This document shows positions 11,670-25,107 of a DNA stretch of 64,000 nt, in pieces (position 1 is the first letter of the stretch; each line of letters starts with the position of its first letter). Below the pieces are notes generated by a model. The model saw nothing but the letters and a program-made list of their open reading frames with translations. It did not search any database and was not told the origin of the DNA. Source of the stretch: Camelus dromedarius (taxonomy: Eukaryota); assembly GCF_036321535.1 (NCBI RefSeq), contig NC_087437.1, positions 69,256,001 to 69,320,000 of the forward strand, in the 5' to 3' direction. Both the position numbers and the translations under genes were made by a program.

Positions 11670-12145
11670 AAGACTCTGTGGGTCAAGAATTTGGATGGGT
11701 GGATGGGGCCTCACGAGGACCGCTTTTTTCTGCTTCATGATATCTGGGACTTAACTGGGAAGACCCAAAGCTGTGGGGACTCAATGGCTTGGAGTGACTC
11801 CATATCTGGGGACATCTTCACCTAGGTATATGGCCGCTGATGCTGGCTATTGACTGGTTCCTCAGCTGGGACAGTCATCCAAAGTGCCTATAATGATGCC
11901 TTTCTGTGGAGCATGACAGCCTGAGACTTGTCACCTGGTGGATCAAGGCTCTGAAGACAAGTGTCTTAGGGAATCAGAAAGAAATTGTATCATCTTTTTT
12001 GGATCTACACTTGGGAGATCATTTGTGTCAATCCCTCTGTGCTCTATTGGTCAACTGTTCCCTAAGTTAGCCTGGGTTTAAGGGGAGAGGATGTAGACCC
12101 CACTTCTTCTTGGGAAGTATCAATTTTCAGACATGTTTAAAACTT
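11670..12145 (-). mobile_element. ERVL-MaLR solo LTR (MLT1, H/G-like)
   Basis: gactctgtgggtcaagaatttgg...tctgcttcatgatatctggg...ctcagctgggac...tctattggtca...ttaaggggagagg...agaccccacttctt follow the antisense MLT1 consensus in order. Confidence 0.8.
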
Positions 12146-12264
12146 TTATAATTCAAATTTGATGTGGATTCTTGAAGAACTCTCTTGTGGCTTTGGTTTC
12201 TTTACTGTGATTCTGAACAAGGGCTGCAAGTCATCATCATTGGGAAGCACAATAAACCTATCAA

Positions 12265-12400
12265 GTTTTGGACTCTACTCCAAGTATTCTGAAACAAAAT
12301 CTCAAGGAGATGAGCTTGGGAATCTGTAGTTCTACCAAACTTCTGGTGATTCTTAGACAGCAGGCCTAACTAAGCACTAACATTTACTTGCACAGCCTCT
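12265..12400. mobile_element. MER5-type hAT-Charlie fragment
   Basis: ctgaaacaaaatctc...gggaatctgtagttctaccaaacttctggtgattct. Confidence 0.6.
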
Positions 12401-13617
12401 GTAGGTGGAGATGTTCCCAAAAGCTGGCAGCCAGACCCACTCTTGGTAGGGCTGTCCCAACCTGGTGAACTCCTTGACCTCTGCTATTATGGCTGCTTGT
12501 TTGTCATTCTCACCTCTCCTCCCTGCTTTGGAGAGGCCCCTGAAGCCCTACAAAATACCACCTCTACATTTGCAGAAGGAATCCTGGGAGCTCCTTTCCC
12601 CATCTCATCAGGGATGGATGACAGGACTTTAAGCATAATCTGTGCTGAAGCGATCACAACAAGGGGTGTACCAACTTAAAGCTGTCAGTTGATAATCACT
12701 CTACTGTGAATGGTTGGGCCAGAAGCACCCAGTGATTTGATTTGCATATTTATAACTTGGTATGTGCACAAGTGCCCCTTAGGGGTGCCACTGCAGCAGC
12801 TCCAACTCCAATGAAAACATCTTCAAAGAGCCTTGCCAGCTTCCTTCAGCATTTTTTTCCCTGAGGTTTAGAACCAGAGGAGTGTGGCAGTCTATACCTC
12901 AGGAGAAATGGCTGATAAAATCTATTAACTCTTTCCCCCCTTAGACATCGTATCTCACAGCTGCATCAGCAACCAGTCCTCCCAGAGGGAATCTGAGCAC
13001 TGCTTCAGCTAAAAATGAAAGAGAAAGGATGCTTCTGTTTTACCTTCCTGGTTCCCAGTCTTCAGATTGTCGGGAGTCTCACACATCTACTATCCATGCA
13101 TGGAGAGGGAGAGAAGAGACTATAAAGGACCCGCTGGGGAGGATGAAGAGATTTGAGGAAAGAGTGCTTGCAAGAAGAGCTTTCTGTAGCTTTAAGGCTG
13201 GAGGTCACTTGGTAGTTATCTTGAGCAAGGGCCTGGTTACTAAGGAGATTGACCTGCAATTCAACTGCAGAGACTGTGAAGAGAACCCCACAGCATTCAT
13301 CCATTGGGCAGGAACGTCAAACTCAGCTTGCTAAGCTTACTGGACCACAGTCTTCCAAAATCTCAGCCACTGCCTCATAACTATATCTGAAGGAGCTTAA
13401 AGAGATATGATCAGTTAGAAGCATGTTCTTCAAATCCTTCACAGTGGTGAGAGTTTTTAGAAAAAGTAGATAAAACAAGCAAAAACCAATGAAAACCATG
13501 TTATAGCCTCTGTAGGAGTGGAGTAAAGTTGTGGAGGGTAAGAGGCAACCAGGTAACATTTTTCCTTCCTTTTTCTCTTTTTTGGTTATTTCATACTGGG
13601 TCCAACTATCTGTATCT

Positions 13618-13800
13618 TCAAAAGTGTATTTCTTGAACAGTCTGCATCCAAATCCCTTAGGAGTGTTATGAAAAATGAACATATCTAGAACCCACCTTAG
13701 ATCTGCTGAGTCAGAAAATCTAGGGGTGGGACCCTGAATCACAATTAATAACAAGTTTCTCAATGACTCTGAAAGACACTCAAGTTGAAGAGGTATTAAC
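13618..13800. mobile_element. MER5A-like hAT-Charlie MITE
   Basis: agatctgctgagtcagaaaatctaggggtgggaccctgaatc...aacaagtttctcaatgactctga...caagttgaagagg. Confidence 0.75.
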
Positions 13801-14969
13801 CTAGATCCTGACATTGCCAATGTTGGGGGAGCCAGCAAGGGTGTTGCAAAAGTCTTTATTAACAAGCACACACTCTTTCTCTGTCCTTGTCCCTCAAGGG
13901 GACCTACGGGCCCTAGGAGGGTCTTTTGAAGTTTGATGGTGTTAAGTGTTTGACCTTTATGAAGTAGTCAGCGTCTTCTTTGATATTAATTAGCCATTAG
14001 GTCAGCAAACATTCTAAAGGACAGGGCTACCTATAGTGCTGAATACAGTAAAAATGACTCTTTGGTTTTTGAATAAAAGTTAGAGACCATTTTCTATATT
14101 TGAACCCAGGAAAATTGCTTGTCCAAATGACTACTAAATTTCTTCAGCCCTGGAAGAGCCAATAGAGGCTGTATAACATTCTAATCAATGTAAACACCTA
14201 ACAGATATCAAATTAACTGTGTGATGTGCTTTAATAAATGATCACTGTGCATGTGAGTTAATAGCCCTTTTGGCTAAATTGCTTGTAAGAGTGATACAGT
14301 AAAAAGAAATGGAGAGTAGTAATTACTCAGTACTTGGTATGTGCCAGGCACTGTGTTAGGAATTGACATTCAGAATTTTGTTTAATTCAATGCAAATAGG
14401 CTTTATATTATATAAAAAAGTATCATTGTAAATAAGTTAACCAGATTCTTACTGCTCATTTATTATGCACAACACTAATTGCCCCCACCACCACCAAATA
14501 AATCACTGAAAATAAAATGGAGGTGATTGGAAAAGTATTTAGATGTAATGCCATCTAACATTTGAAGTGAAGTTAAATGGTTTATTTGTTCTAGTCTAGT
14601 CTTTGCCATTAAGTCGTAGAGTCCTCCTCCATAATATTTGGAAAATGTATGAACACTTGGTGCTGGCAGAATTGTTGTTGATTCTTGAAAATTTGGACAC
14701 CACTACATTTGTGACTTTTTTTCTTTGATAGTTAAGCATTTGCATATATAGCACCACAGAATTTTAGATTTGGCTAAAACATTTACTTTTTAGATGAAGA
14801 AGCCAAAATCTAGAAGTCATATTTATTAAAAATGTTTTTTCTGCTAACACTTTTTAGTCTTATTCTTAATAGTGAAATCTATTTTAATCTCAATGAATTT
14901 CACTAAGCCAGAAACAACTAGAATTATTTTGATATAACAATATTCTTGGGAAAAAAATGTGTTAAATAA

Positions 14970-15160
14970 CATTGTGTGTCGATTTCTTCACTTACAGCTG
15001 ATACGCCTTGGGTGACTGTGCTTTAGTTTCTTTAACCCTAAAATAGGAATAAGAGATGAATCAAATTCATTGGGATGTTATGAGAACTAAATTAGAAAAT
15101 GTACATTCAGTTATTAGCATAGAGCTTATTAAAGTTAGATACATATTTCTAATTATTAAT
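14970..15160 (+). mobile_element. MIR SINE
   Basis: cacttacagctgatacgccttggg...ctttagtttctttaaccctaaaataggaataag...tgttatgagaactaaattag. Confidence 0.75.
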
Positions 15161-16664
15161 TAAACAGACAAGTTCATAATATGTATTAAATTCTACCTAC
15201 ATGCAATAGTCTATGCTGATTGAGAACTACTCTATAATTCATACATTTTTGTAAGCCAGAAGTTCCTTGCCCGCATTACTCTGAATTGGGTGACATTTTA
15301 CATTATTCATAATTATGAAACCATCTTGATGACAATGAAATTCTGCATTATAAAGATTTGGAAATTAAAACTCATTTGCTTTTATTTCTACATACATCAA
15401 GCTGTAGTCCTATATTGTAGAGTCAAGTAGGTTGACTTCAATCTTAAATAGTAAGAATAATATACTCTTAATTTTCCACAATAAGCATATGGAAAATATG
15501 TATTAGTTTTTAAAATAAAATATCTTAATCAGATGAACTTGGGCTATCTTTGAAGAAAGACAGTTAGCTTACTTTCTTGGCCATGAGTAACAGCATCATC
15601 GCTTCCCCACTTTGCTTGGCTGTGTTGGCGTGCAGATGGGTCTTCTCTGTTGACAAGGTAGTAATGGCGATGCCTCCGTCACTCTTCAGCTCTTCTCATT
15701 AGATCCTAACCACCTTCATTTATTACTTCTGATTCCTTGCATGTTCAGTATATTAAATGTTAACAAGAGGTTCTTATTTTACATGACAATCCTAATAATT
15801 AATGATTACAAAAGCATATTAGACACATAATGCCAAAATAGATCACCTATAATGTTAATCTCAAATTTGAGTTTCTTTCGTATTCTGGGAATAGAATGTG
15901 CTATTTAGAAGTCACAGTAGAAACACAAATACACCTCTACACCTCTTCTTCTCAATCTTATGTCTATTATATATCAGTGAGGAATTTTAAATCTCATTTT
16001 CCATTAGTAGTGTCAAGCTTGCAGGAAAGATCTCTCAGGCCAGAGAAGAGTAGCTGAAATTCCTAATGGACAAAGAGGAAATGTGATGAAGGGAACTATC
16101 CTCGGTCTGGCATCTCTTTAGTGCCCCAGTGACTGTGAGAGACCACTTCCTTTGTTTGATAGATTATCACTTTTCCTTCTACCCAGCTTTGAGAAAGGCA
16201 GATGAGAACAGAGAAGTAGGCCTGGACCCTTTGATTCTCGGCTAATAAGCATCAAGAGGACCATCGAGAAAGCATTGGAAAGGAAAATACGAGATGAAGG
16301 GAGGTGAGGGAATCAGTGCCCCAGAAATAAGGAACAGAACTGAGTAACTGATGGAACCTGGCTGCACAACCATACCTCAAGTGTCCTGACCTTTGTAAGG
16401 TCTCAGCACAAATAGGATAGGTGTGAGAGACTCACTGATGTCCTCTAGGCATATCACACAGACACTAACCTAATCCACTCTGCCAGTTAAACTTTTTAAA
16501 GACACATTTTCTTGTTTTTTTCTTTTTGTCGACATCTGTCACAGTCACATGCATTGCTGACTGGGTGTTATTTCATAGTAAGAAGCTGCAAATAGGGAGT
16601 GACATACTACCTGATCCACAACTCCCTGGTCAGTCAGGTGTGGCTCTAAAATTCAGTGTGTTCT

Positions 16665-17080
16665 TTATTCCCTGCTTAGTTGAGGAAATATTTACAAGGT
16701 TCTCTTGTATACCACAATGAGTGCTAAAGCTGAGTGCTATAGAAACTCAGATGGAGTTCTTGTTCTTGACAACTTCAGGGTCTAGTGGGAAGGAATAGCC
16801 ACATAAATGTAAACCTTGATATGAAGGTACCATAGAATGGAGAACCAGACAACGAGTAAGATTGGAGGTATACAGGACAAAATCCTGGAGATGATAATCT
16901 TTTGGTAGAGACTAAAAGAAATGTAAAAAGAACATTCTAAACATAGAAATTAGGATGAGCTAAAGTATAGAGTAAGAAACCACTAGAGTATTCCTGGAAA
17001 CAACAGTTTGGTCTTCCTAGAAGGTAATTTTCAGGACATGTGGTGGGAGAGGCAGGCAACAAATCACAGAGGGTAGTGTA
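16665..17080 (-). mobile_element. L2 LINE fragment
   Basis: aaatatttac...gtgctaaagctg...ttcttgttcttgacaacttcagggtctagtggg...aacattctaaacatagaaattaggatgagc resembles antisense L2. Confidence 0.6.
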
Positions 17081-17087
17081 GGATCTT

Positions 17088-17240
17088 GTTACTCCAAGTG
17101 TTATCCACAGCCCTCAGCATTGGCCTTGGCTGGAGCTTGTAGGAAATGCAACTCCTCTAGCCAAACCTACTACATCAAAATCTGGATTTTAACAAGGTTC
17201 CCCAGTGATTTGTTTGCACAATAAAGCACAAAAAGCAGAT
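17088..17240. mobile_element. MER5A1-like hAT MITE
   Basis: actccaagtgttatcc...cagcattggc...ggagcttgtaggaaatgca...aaatctggattttaacaaggttccccagtgatttgtttgcaca. Confidence 0.8.
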
Positions 17241-17499
17241 TTGGACAGACCTAAGGAAAACTGGAAGCTGAGGGACCAGAAGTTCTTTATCAGCCAGTTG
17301 CTACCTTTCTCTTTTCCTTTTTCACCAAGAGTGGTAGCTTCAAGTTCCATGTAGGTCCTTGAACTCTTGCTTTCTGCTGCTTGGCTTCAGTGAACACTAC
17401 CCCACCCCCAACCCCATATCATTGAAAACCGGGGCATGGAAAGCCTTGGGTAGATGAGGGTTAAAGGAACTTAGCAAGGACACTATGGAAAATCTTGAA

Positions 17500-17730
17500 G
17501 GCTAATGTTAACAACTAATATTCTTTCACTGCATCAAGATTGTCAATTTTTGACATACATTTTCCTCATGTTAACTCTATGCTATCATGATCAATTTCCT
17601 CATTTTGCAGATGAAAGAATTGAGATGAGTGATGTAAATTGTTAAATGTCACATGACTGAGGAAGAAGCAAAATAGGGACTAAACCCAGCTTTTCTAATA
17701 TGAAGTTCAATGATCCTTCCTCTTTGAGCT
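17500..17730 (-). mobile_element. MIR SINE
   Basis: cctcattttgcagatgaaagaattgag...gtcacatgactg...gggactaaacccag. Confidence 0.75.
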
Positions 17731-19929
17731 GCTCTCCTAGCTCAGAAGCTCATGGAGCCCCAACCTGGCTGGTCCCTATTGCTGCACTGTGTTCTAGCAT
17801 CATTTTACAACAGAGGATCTAAGGACACTAGGAGTTGGGAGATACTCAGAGCAGAAGTCCATTGGGGGATGGCTGTGTTCTCCTGTTCAAAGGAATTAGG
17901 ATTCAATTAAATGTTATACAATGTGATTCTTTTTACTCTTTAAGCAGTTACCAAGGGAGGCAGAACAGAGCCAGGAAAAATTTTTAAATTAATTTTCGAT
18001 TAATTCTAATTAAGAATAGGAATCAAATTCTGATGAAAGTTGGCTTGCTTTCCTTTTTACCTACTCAGGAGTACAAAAGACCATGACTTTAGGGTGAAAC
18101 CGCTCTGCTGAATAGTGGCCGGTCTAAGGTTTGCAATTCATCATAATGATTGAATCGAAATGTCTTACATAGATGATTTGCTTGATTAAATTGAGATCGA
18201 GCATTACTTATATAGTTAAATTCAAAATAAAGATTCTACAGAGATATGTCTGAATGTTCAAATGTGGGTAGAGTAGAATTTCCCACTCCCCAATTATTCA
18301 ACCTGTGATAATCAATTGAAAGTGGGGATAAGGGATCTATGGAAAAAGTGAAGAGTGTCTTTTGACATGCTTGTGTTCTCTTCACTCTATTTCCTTTCAG
18401 AGTTTGGAGGTTCTAAACCTCTCTTTGGCTGATAGAGAGAAAGCAGAAATTTTTATCACCAAGATAGAAGTGTTGCTCTGCTGTGGTGGTCCCCAAATAA
18501 TGCTTTGATCATTGAGGGTTCAAAATCCCTCTATATTCATTCTTTGGCACCTTCAGCTCAGAGGCAAACAGTGGTGCGTGAACCCTAAAACTCTGCATGT
18601 TGTATGCATATGAAGAGAAAAAAACTGTGAGAAATTCAGAAAGCAGAAACCACAGAGGGAAAAGATGCTATCTGAGAGGTGAGGCTAAGCAAGTAGAAAT
18701 ATGATGATTTGATCTTCAGTTTATTTCTACTGTATATCCGATATTTTTTTCAGCCTTGGAAATTCTGCTTCCCATTGGAAATAAAATCTTGATTTATTTC
18801 AAGATTTTGAGGGACCTGTATGCCTTCATTGAAATCAATGATGTTAGCTTTTAAGGGAAATATGTGACTTGCCCTTCTTTCCTTGCCACTCACTTCATAA
18901 GCATAGGAACACCACTAAGACAGGGGGTCAATGTGTGTGACTAAGATGAGGTTGGATTAGAGCAGAGGACAGCTGGAAGAGAGAAGTAGTGACTCCTAGG
19001 TAAAAATTACTTAAACTAGCTGGCTAATGTGGTTAACAGAGTCATCTGGGATCAGATCTTCTAGAAATGGCCAAGAACCATTAAAAAAAAAAGTTCCCAT
19101 CTTGGACTATGTCAGCAACACATAGGTGTTTATCAACAGGAATAGCTAGCAGGAGAGGTTATGAAGAAGGGCAATAGAAGGAGTGTAAGAGGCTGAGGGC
19201 TCAATCTAGCCCTGGAAGGGCCAAAACATTACAATCTGGACAGTCTTTGAAAAAGAAGAGGCAGTTAAGAGGGAATGTAAAATCTTCAATGCTTTAGATA
19301 ATGCTGAAACACACTGGTTGGTGTGGGCCAGCTTAGAGAAGGCAAGCTGCAGAAGAGAAAAGGAATTTCTCTCAATGCAAGGGGAAATGCTGTTCACACA
19401 GGGGCTGTGGGCATCCCACATGACCTGTAGCAAAAAGATCATTTCAAGGAAACCAAGGTAAGAACATGCAGGGGAAAACAAAGTTTTGTTTGTTGTGGTT
19501 CAGGTATCTAAGAGCTGAGAATGAATAGACGATGACACTCACGTTATTCATGAAAAGTTTTATTAACTACATACTATGTAGATGTCTATATTGATCTGGC
19601 AGTGTAATCTAAAACTGTCAAATTTCTGGGGTCTGATCTCAAGTAAAAACTAAAATTCATTATTTGTGGACTGCTTCTGTCTGCTTAATTCCAAGGCAAA
19701 ACTTGAAGTTTAGAAAGACCTGAATAGCCTGAATAGCCTGAGACAGCAATAAGTAGAAAGGGAAGTTTTAGCCCAAAGCTGAGCATATGGTGGTGATAAG
19801 CCCCTTGTCACAACTTTAGTAGATAAATTGAATACACCAGTTGGATCCTATACTTTGACTTGTTTATAACAATTACGAAAAATGGGGAAAGCCCTAGAAT
19901 ATGAGCTGAGGTGTCAGCTTGTTTATCAT

Positions 19930-20280
19930 TGCCTACATTCATTCATTCATTCATTCACTCACTCATTTATATGTTCACTCATTCTGTAAATAACAATAAA
20001 ATGCCAAGTAAAGGATCAGGGAATGTTCTGAGTGCTAAAGACACACTTGTCACCACAGACCCCATCCATTGTACTCATGGAACTTACAGACCAGTAGAGA
20101 AAGACCAATAAAAACAGAAACAAATGCCAAGCAGGATTATTTAAGATGGCAAAATTCCTATGAAGGAAGGGAATAAGATGGCATTATAGAGACTCATTGC
20201 TTAGATCAGATGAGAATAGACTGCTTATGTGGGGTGGTCTGGGAAGGCCTCATTGAGGTGTCATTTGAGACCCTTGATAA
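19930..20280 (-). mobile_element. L2 3' end with (TTCA)n tail
   Basis: cattcattcattcattc...tgttctgagtgct...ctcatggaacttacagaccagt...gtggtctgggaaggcctcattgaggtgtcatttgag. Confidence 0.8.
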
Positions 20281-21134
20281 GAAGCCAGACTACATCAGCA
20301 ACATACATACATACAGCAGAATACCTCACTTATTGCAGAATATGCAGATCAGAGAGTAAAGAATAATTTGCTAACATGGGAAAATTCTTAATTTAAGGAG
20401 AATAATTTCTCTCTCTTTCCATCTAACTCTCTGTCTCTCAAAAATGGAAATTGCCTACTCTTTCTTATGTGTCTGTGAAGGTCATGTGTCTCTGTCTTCT
20501 GGAATTGTGATGTTTCTTAAGCACAACAAAAACCATGTCTAGACTTTTGTAGCTCTTGAAAGACTGGTTTCTGTCCCATCAGAGTTCAAAGAATTGTCTT
20601 TAAGTTTAATATAGTGCTATGTGCTATATAGCACATAGTTGCTTAATAAAGAATTGTTAACTTAAGAAACAGAATTGTATTTAATGATCATAGTTGCTAA
20701 ATATATACTTGTTTGTTAAAGGATGAAATTAATTTAATGAGATTATATTCTATTTTTATGATTCTTTTTCAAGAGCACCAAAATGTTTCATTACTCATTC
20801 CACAGGTAGCCCCACTGACTTGCCGAAGTCAAGTATAAGCATTTTAATCCTGACAGTAGTAACCCTGAGTAGTGATTCACAGTGTTGGTTCAAAAATGAC
20901 ATTTGACTTAAAGCAACACTTTTGTCTCAATCACTAAAATGACATTTACATAAATAACAGTATAAGGGATAACATACTTTTTATATAGGCTATTTTTTTT
21001 CAATTAGATTGTAAAATACATTAAGATAGGAGCCAACTATTTATGCCTCTTTAGAACCCTAATTCTTAGCATGTATGCAAATGATAGATGCTCACCGATC
21101 TTGAAGGCTGTGCAATGAATTGAAAAAAGGGTGG

Positions 21135-21290
21135 TCTCTAAGGCCAGACAGACTGGTTTGAATCCAGTCTCAGCAACACTCCAGCCCTATGGGCTTAAGC
21201 TAATTGGTACCTTTGCTGAGTCTCACTTTTTTTTCACCAATAGAATGGTGATCCCACTACTTTTCAAGGTGACTTTGGAGATTAGTGATA
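21135..21290 (+). mobile_element. MIR SINE
   Basis: ccagacagactggtttgaatccagtctc...gctgagtctcacttt...aatggtgat. Confidence 0.75.
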
Positions 21291-21349
21291 CTTTAGGCAA
21301 AATAAGATAGGATAGCTATTGATATTTTAAGAGGAGAAGAAGAAAAACA

Positions 21350-21462
21350 GGCAGTCTGTGCTACTAAGTTCTGTGAGGTCAGGAATGGGAACTGTATCTT
21401 TCTGTATCCACAATTCCTGACCCAGGAGTAGGCACTCAACCAGTACTTGCTGAGTGAGTGGA
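21350..21462 (+). mobile_element. L2 3' end
   Basis: actaagttctgtgaggtcaggaat...gtaggcactcaaccagtacttgctgagtgagtg. Confidence 0.7.
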
Positions 21463-22549
21463 GTAAAGTCCGATGATTTGAGATTGTTAGGGAGGTGAGA
21501 AATAGTGTTGTATCACTGTAATTTATAACCAGCAATAGACAGAAAATTGAAGAATTTAAGGACCACAGTAGATGACACCCTCACATTTGTTATTGCCTCT
21601 AGGAGAAAGATACTCTTCCATGATCTCTAGAAAGAAAACTGTCCCTTTTATTTAAAAAAAAAAATGAAAACAAACAAACAAAAAACTTCTGAAAGAACTA
21701 TCATCAATTATGTCAACTTTCCAGTAGCAATTCCCTACAAGACAAACATACAAAAAAAAAATAATCAAGTAAACAATATAAGAACACCTCCTCTAATATT
21801 ATTTGCAGGATTTCAGTTCTCCTGGCATTTACAAGAATCAAGCGACCTTAATGCAGATAAATCATTATTGGTTGAACTGTGTTAGTGTTCTGTGAAAAGA
21901 AACTATATCTCAGCCCAAAGGCCATGTAATGATTCGAACAATTGCAATTTGACCGTGGGAAGAAGGGTTGAAGATTGTTCTGCATCTTCAATTCTCACAT
22001 CTTCATAAGCAGTAAGTGAAGTTGATGAAGCTGAGAGAATGTTCTAAATGAGGCAGCTGAGTTGTCTCTGTGCTCAGAAAGCAGCAGGGCAGTATGTTCT
22101 AAAAATATCTAAGGGCCATGATCAGAGCCTGCAAGTAAGTCTATGTACCTGTTGGAAGAGTTGTTATCAACCTAAATATATAGTGGAATAGATCTTAGGT
22201 GGAAGAAGATTCTACTTTTCCAGAGACCTAAGAATCTGAGCTAAACAGCTCTGCCCTTTACTGATGGTAGAAATAAGGAAAGTTACCAAAGAGGAAGAAA
22301 ATCTATAGAGGTACAGAAATACCCAGATAGATGATCCAAGGAAAAGGGTGGTAGAACAATATTGCTTTCTCTCCATAGTTGGCTTATGATGTTTCAATTA
22401 GAAGTTTCCACCATGATGCCTGCAATGAACACAACCCCATCTGAAGGCAACTGCCCTACCCTTCACCTACAGCCTGTGCTGAGAAACTGTCTAAGATATC
22501 AGATGTTTGCCCTCCTGCCCAAACTAGTCTCATTTCGACCATTCAGCAG

Positions 22550-23075
22550 TTCACTGAATGAAGTGGATGTCTGCCAACTAGGAAGTGAATCTGTATAATG
22601 GCCTAAGCTATAGTCCCTGTAAAATAATAAACTGGGCTAAAGAGATTTACTCTGGACTTTGAATTGGAGTGTTACTACAAAATAGCTTAGTTAACAAAGG
22701 AAACTGAAGCTTCATCATACAGAGAATCCATAAGTTAATTGCCATAAGAAGGTTGAGTTGTGAGAAAACAGAACCTGTGATTAACCAGAAGCTATGAAGT
22801 TGAGAAAAAAGATGCACCAAAATAAGGGGAAAGAATTCACAGTCCAGCTGGCACTAGGAAGAAGTGGACATTCAGAGATGGAGATTTGTAGAGAGTAGCT
22901 AAGTCACATTTATGGTGGACAAATATCAGCCAGTTCCTGTTCTTCCTGCAACCTTACTCTAATTCCTGCTCTTACTGAGTTTTAGAGTTTTCAGTCTTTC
23001 CTGACTCACTGGACAGCATATCTTTACAGTAAGACCCTATTCTTTGTGGTAAACCTACTCTATGACCAAAGTATA
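22550..23075 (+). mobile_element. Old MLT1-family LTR (L/M/N-like)
   Basis: ccagttcctgttc...catatctttacagtaagaccc...atgaccaaag resembles a degraded MLT1 poly-A region and 3' end. Confidence 0.45.
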
Positions 23076-24416
23076 GAGATCAAAGCCCATCTGATGACCA
23101 AGCAGCCAGTTTTCCTTGTCACAGCCTCAGTTTTAGGTGAACATTCTATTCATTGAATACCCATTGTTCACACACAACTAATAAAGTTGATTCTAATCAT
23201 GATTTGAAAAATATGAATGCTATACTCTTTTTACTCTAATTCAGTTTCCAGAGAATGGGGGTGGGTGAGAGAGGGACAGATAAAGGAGGGCGGGGAAACA
23301 GAGGGTGGGAGGAAGGAATAGAGAGAGAAAAGGAGGGGAAAAGAAGACTGAAAAAAATAACGATTAAAAAATTGAAAAATTTGGATAGGAAGAAAGAATA
23401 TGGTCCAATAAATGGTTAGCAAATTCTCATAAGTGAGTTTGGAGGTTAAGGAGGTTTGTTGACCTACAATAAGTCTTTTAAAGTTACCATCTATCAAAAG
23501 AAATACGATAGTCAATTTCAAAAAATTTTGCATGTCCAAATATATAAGGCCTAAATCTTCTGGGTAAACAATATGTCGCCAAGTATTACATAAAATAAAC
23601 ATACTCAAATGGTGTTAAGACAGGGGTGGTGTTTGCATGTGACTTGTGTACTGAGAATCCAGCTACTATTCATATTTCCTTTTTTTTTAAAGAAGAAATC
23701 ATAAGCCTACTTACAGGGCCCAATAATATATTTTAAAAAATATCTGGATACCCCTGGTTGAATTCATATAAAGAAGGCAGGCATATTTCCATATAACAAC
23801 TCAATAGGACGGTTATAGCCACTTCAATAATACAATAAAATTTATTTTTATATTGGACCATAAAATTACTATACCAGAAGTGGCCAATAGTTTATCATTT
23901 TTCAGAATGGCTAATGTAGGATGTAACTGAGAAAGGTGTAAAATCCCTCAAATGTGTCTAATTATCCCAAACTGTACTGGCCAAGGGAAATATTCTCCTA
24001 ACCCTTTCCTGTTGATCAGTTTATGTTATAAAACATATGGGTTGATGACCCTTCCAACACAGCTTTGCTTCAGTGGGTAATGTAACTACAGATCTCCTTT
24101 ATTATACTATAAATACTATGTCTTCCCTTGAAATAGTATTATAGTCATTGTGTATCTTTCTCAAATTATTTTCTAGTGTCATTATTTCACATATTAAGTG
24201 AACATCACTAATCCTATATAGAATGAATGAATTTTACAAAACAGCTATTAAAAATGACCTAGACTTCAGATCAGGGAAACTTGTTGAAAATAATGGGCCA
24301 AATTCAGACTCCAAACCCTCTCTTACTACTACCCCAGACTTGACCCAAGTGGTTGGTTTTAGGTAAGAGAGTTGTAGAAGCCATTTACTCTCTTCTCTCC
24401 AGGCCCAAAAATTGTT

Positions 24417-24448
24417 TGTGTGTGTGTGTGAGTGTGTGTGAGTGTGGT

Positions 24449-24486
<38 letters not shown>
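24417..24486. repeat. Compound (TG)n microsatellite, about 70 bp
   Basis: TG run with a few AG/GG interruptions and a pure 3' part. Confidence 0.97.
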
Positions 24487-24493
<7 letters not shown>

Positions 24494-24524
24494 GAGCTCT
24501 GAAACATTAACACTGATAAGAAAG

Positions 24525-24740
24525 AGTGAAAGTCAAAGTTACTTAAATTTGAACCCAGGTTCCATCACTTACTAGCTGTCTGATCTTAGCTAATTAATAC
24601 TTCACATGGTTTCCTCAACAGTAAAACCTCAATAATAGTACTTTCCTCTTGGAGTAGTTGTGAGAAAGAGTCTGAAAAATCCCTCCCATGGAACTTGGCA
24701 CATAATAAGCACCTAGAAAAGGTAAATCGCTAATAATAAT
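24525..24740 (+). mobile_element. MIR SINE
   Basis: tttgaacccaggttccatcacttactagctgtctgatcttag...tttcctcaacagtaaaac...aataatagtac...ttgtgaga. Confidence 0.85.
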
Positions 24741-25107
24741 CGTGGCTATCCTTTCTGTAGTCACAGTGATTAAACCTGCTCCTATAAGTAGAGAGAGAGA
24801 TTTCCTCTTTTAATGTCTCCTATGGAAAGTCATCCTCACAAAGGAATTGTTCAGAGGTGAAAGGGGGCAGGCTTGGGCTATGGAAGCTCTTGCATGAAAG
24901 AAGGTTGGAAGAAAAATGCACATCCCAGATGCCCTCACCATGATGCTGAAGGCAGGAAAAGAAATCCCTGAAGGCAGATGAAGGAAAAAAATGCTGAGAG
25001 TAAGTTGAGCCCAGGGTGGGAGTCCATTTACTGCTTGCTTACACTATGCCAGGCATGTGTTGGCACTGCCACCATAATAAGGGTTGGGTGAGAGGGAGAG
25101 AAAAAGC

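Noticed and set aside
13323..13871. Longest ORF in the track (182 aa, minus strand)
   Set aside because: Non-ATG start, runs through a MER5A-like element, no recognisable domain; consistent with a chance ORF
18401..18508. SLEVLNLS, an LRR-like peptide after a good acceptor
   Set aside because: Single motif, in-frame stop soon after, no further LRR units
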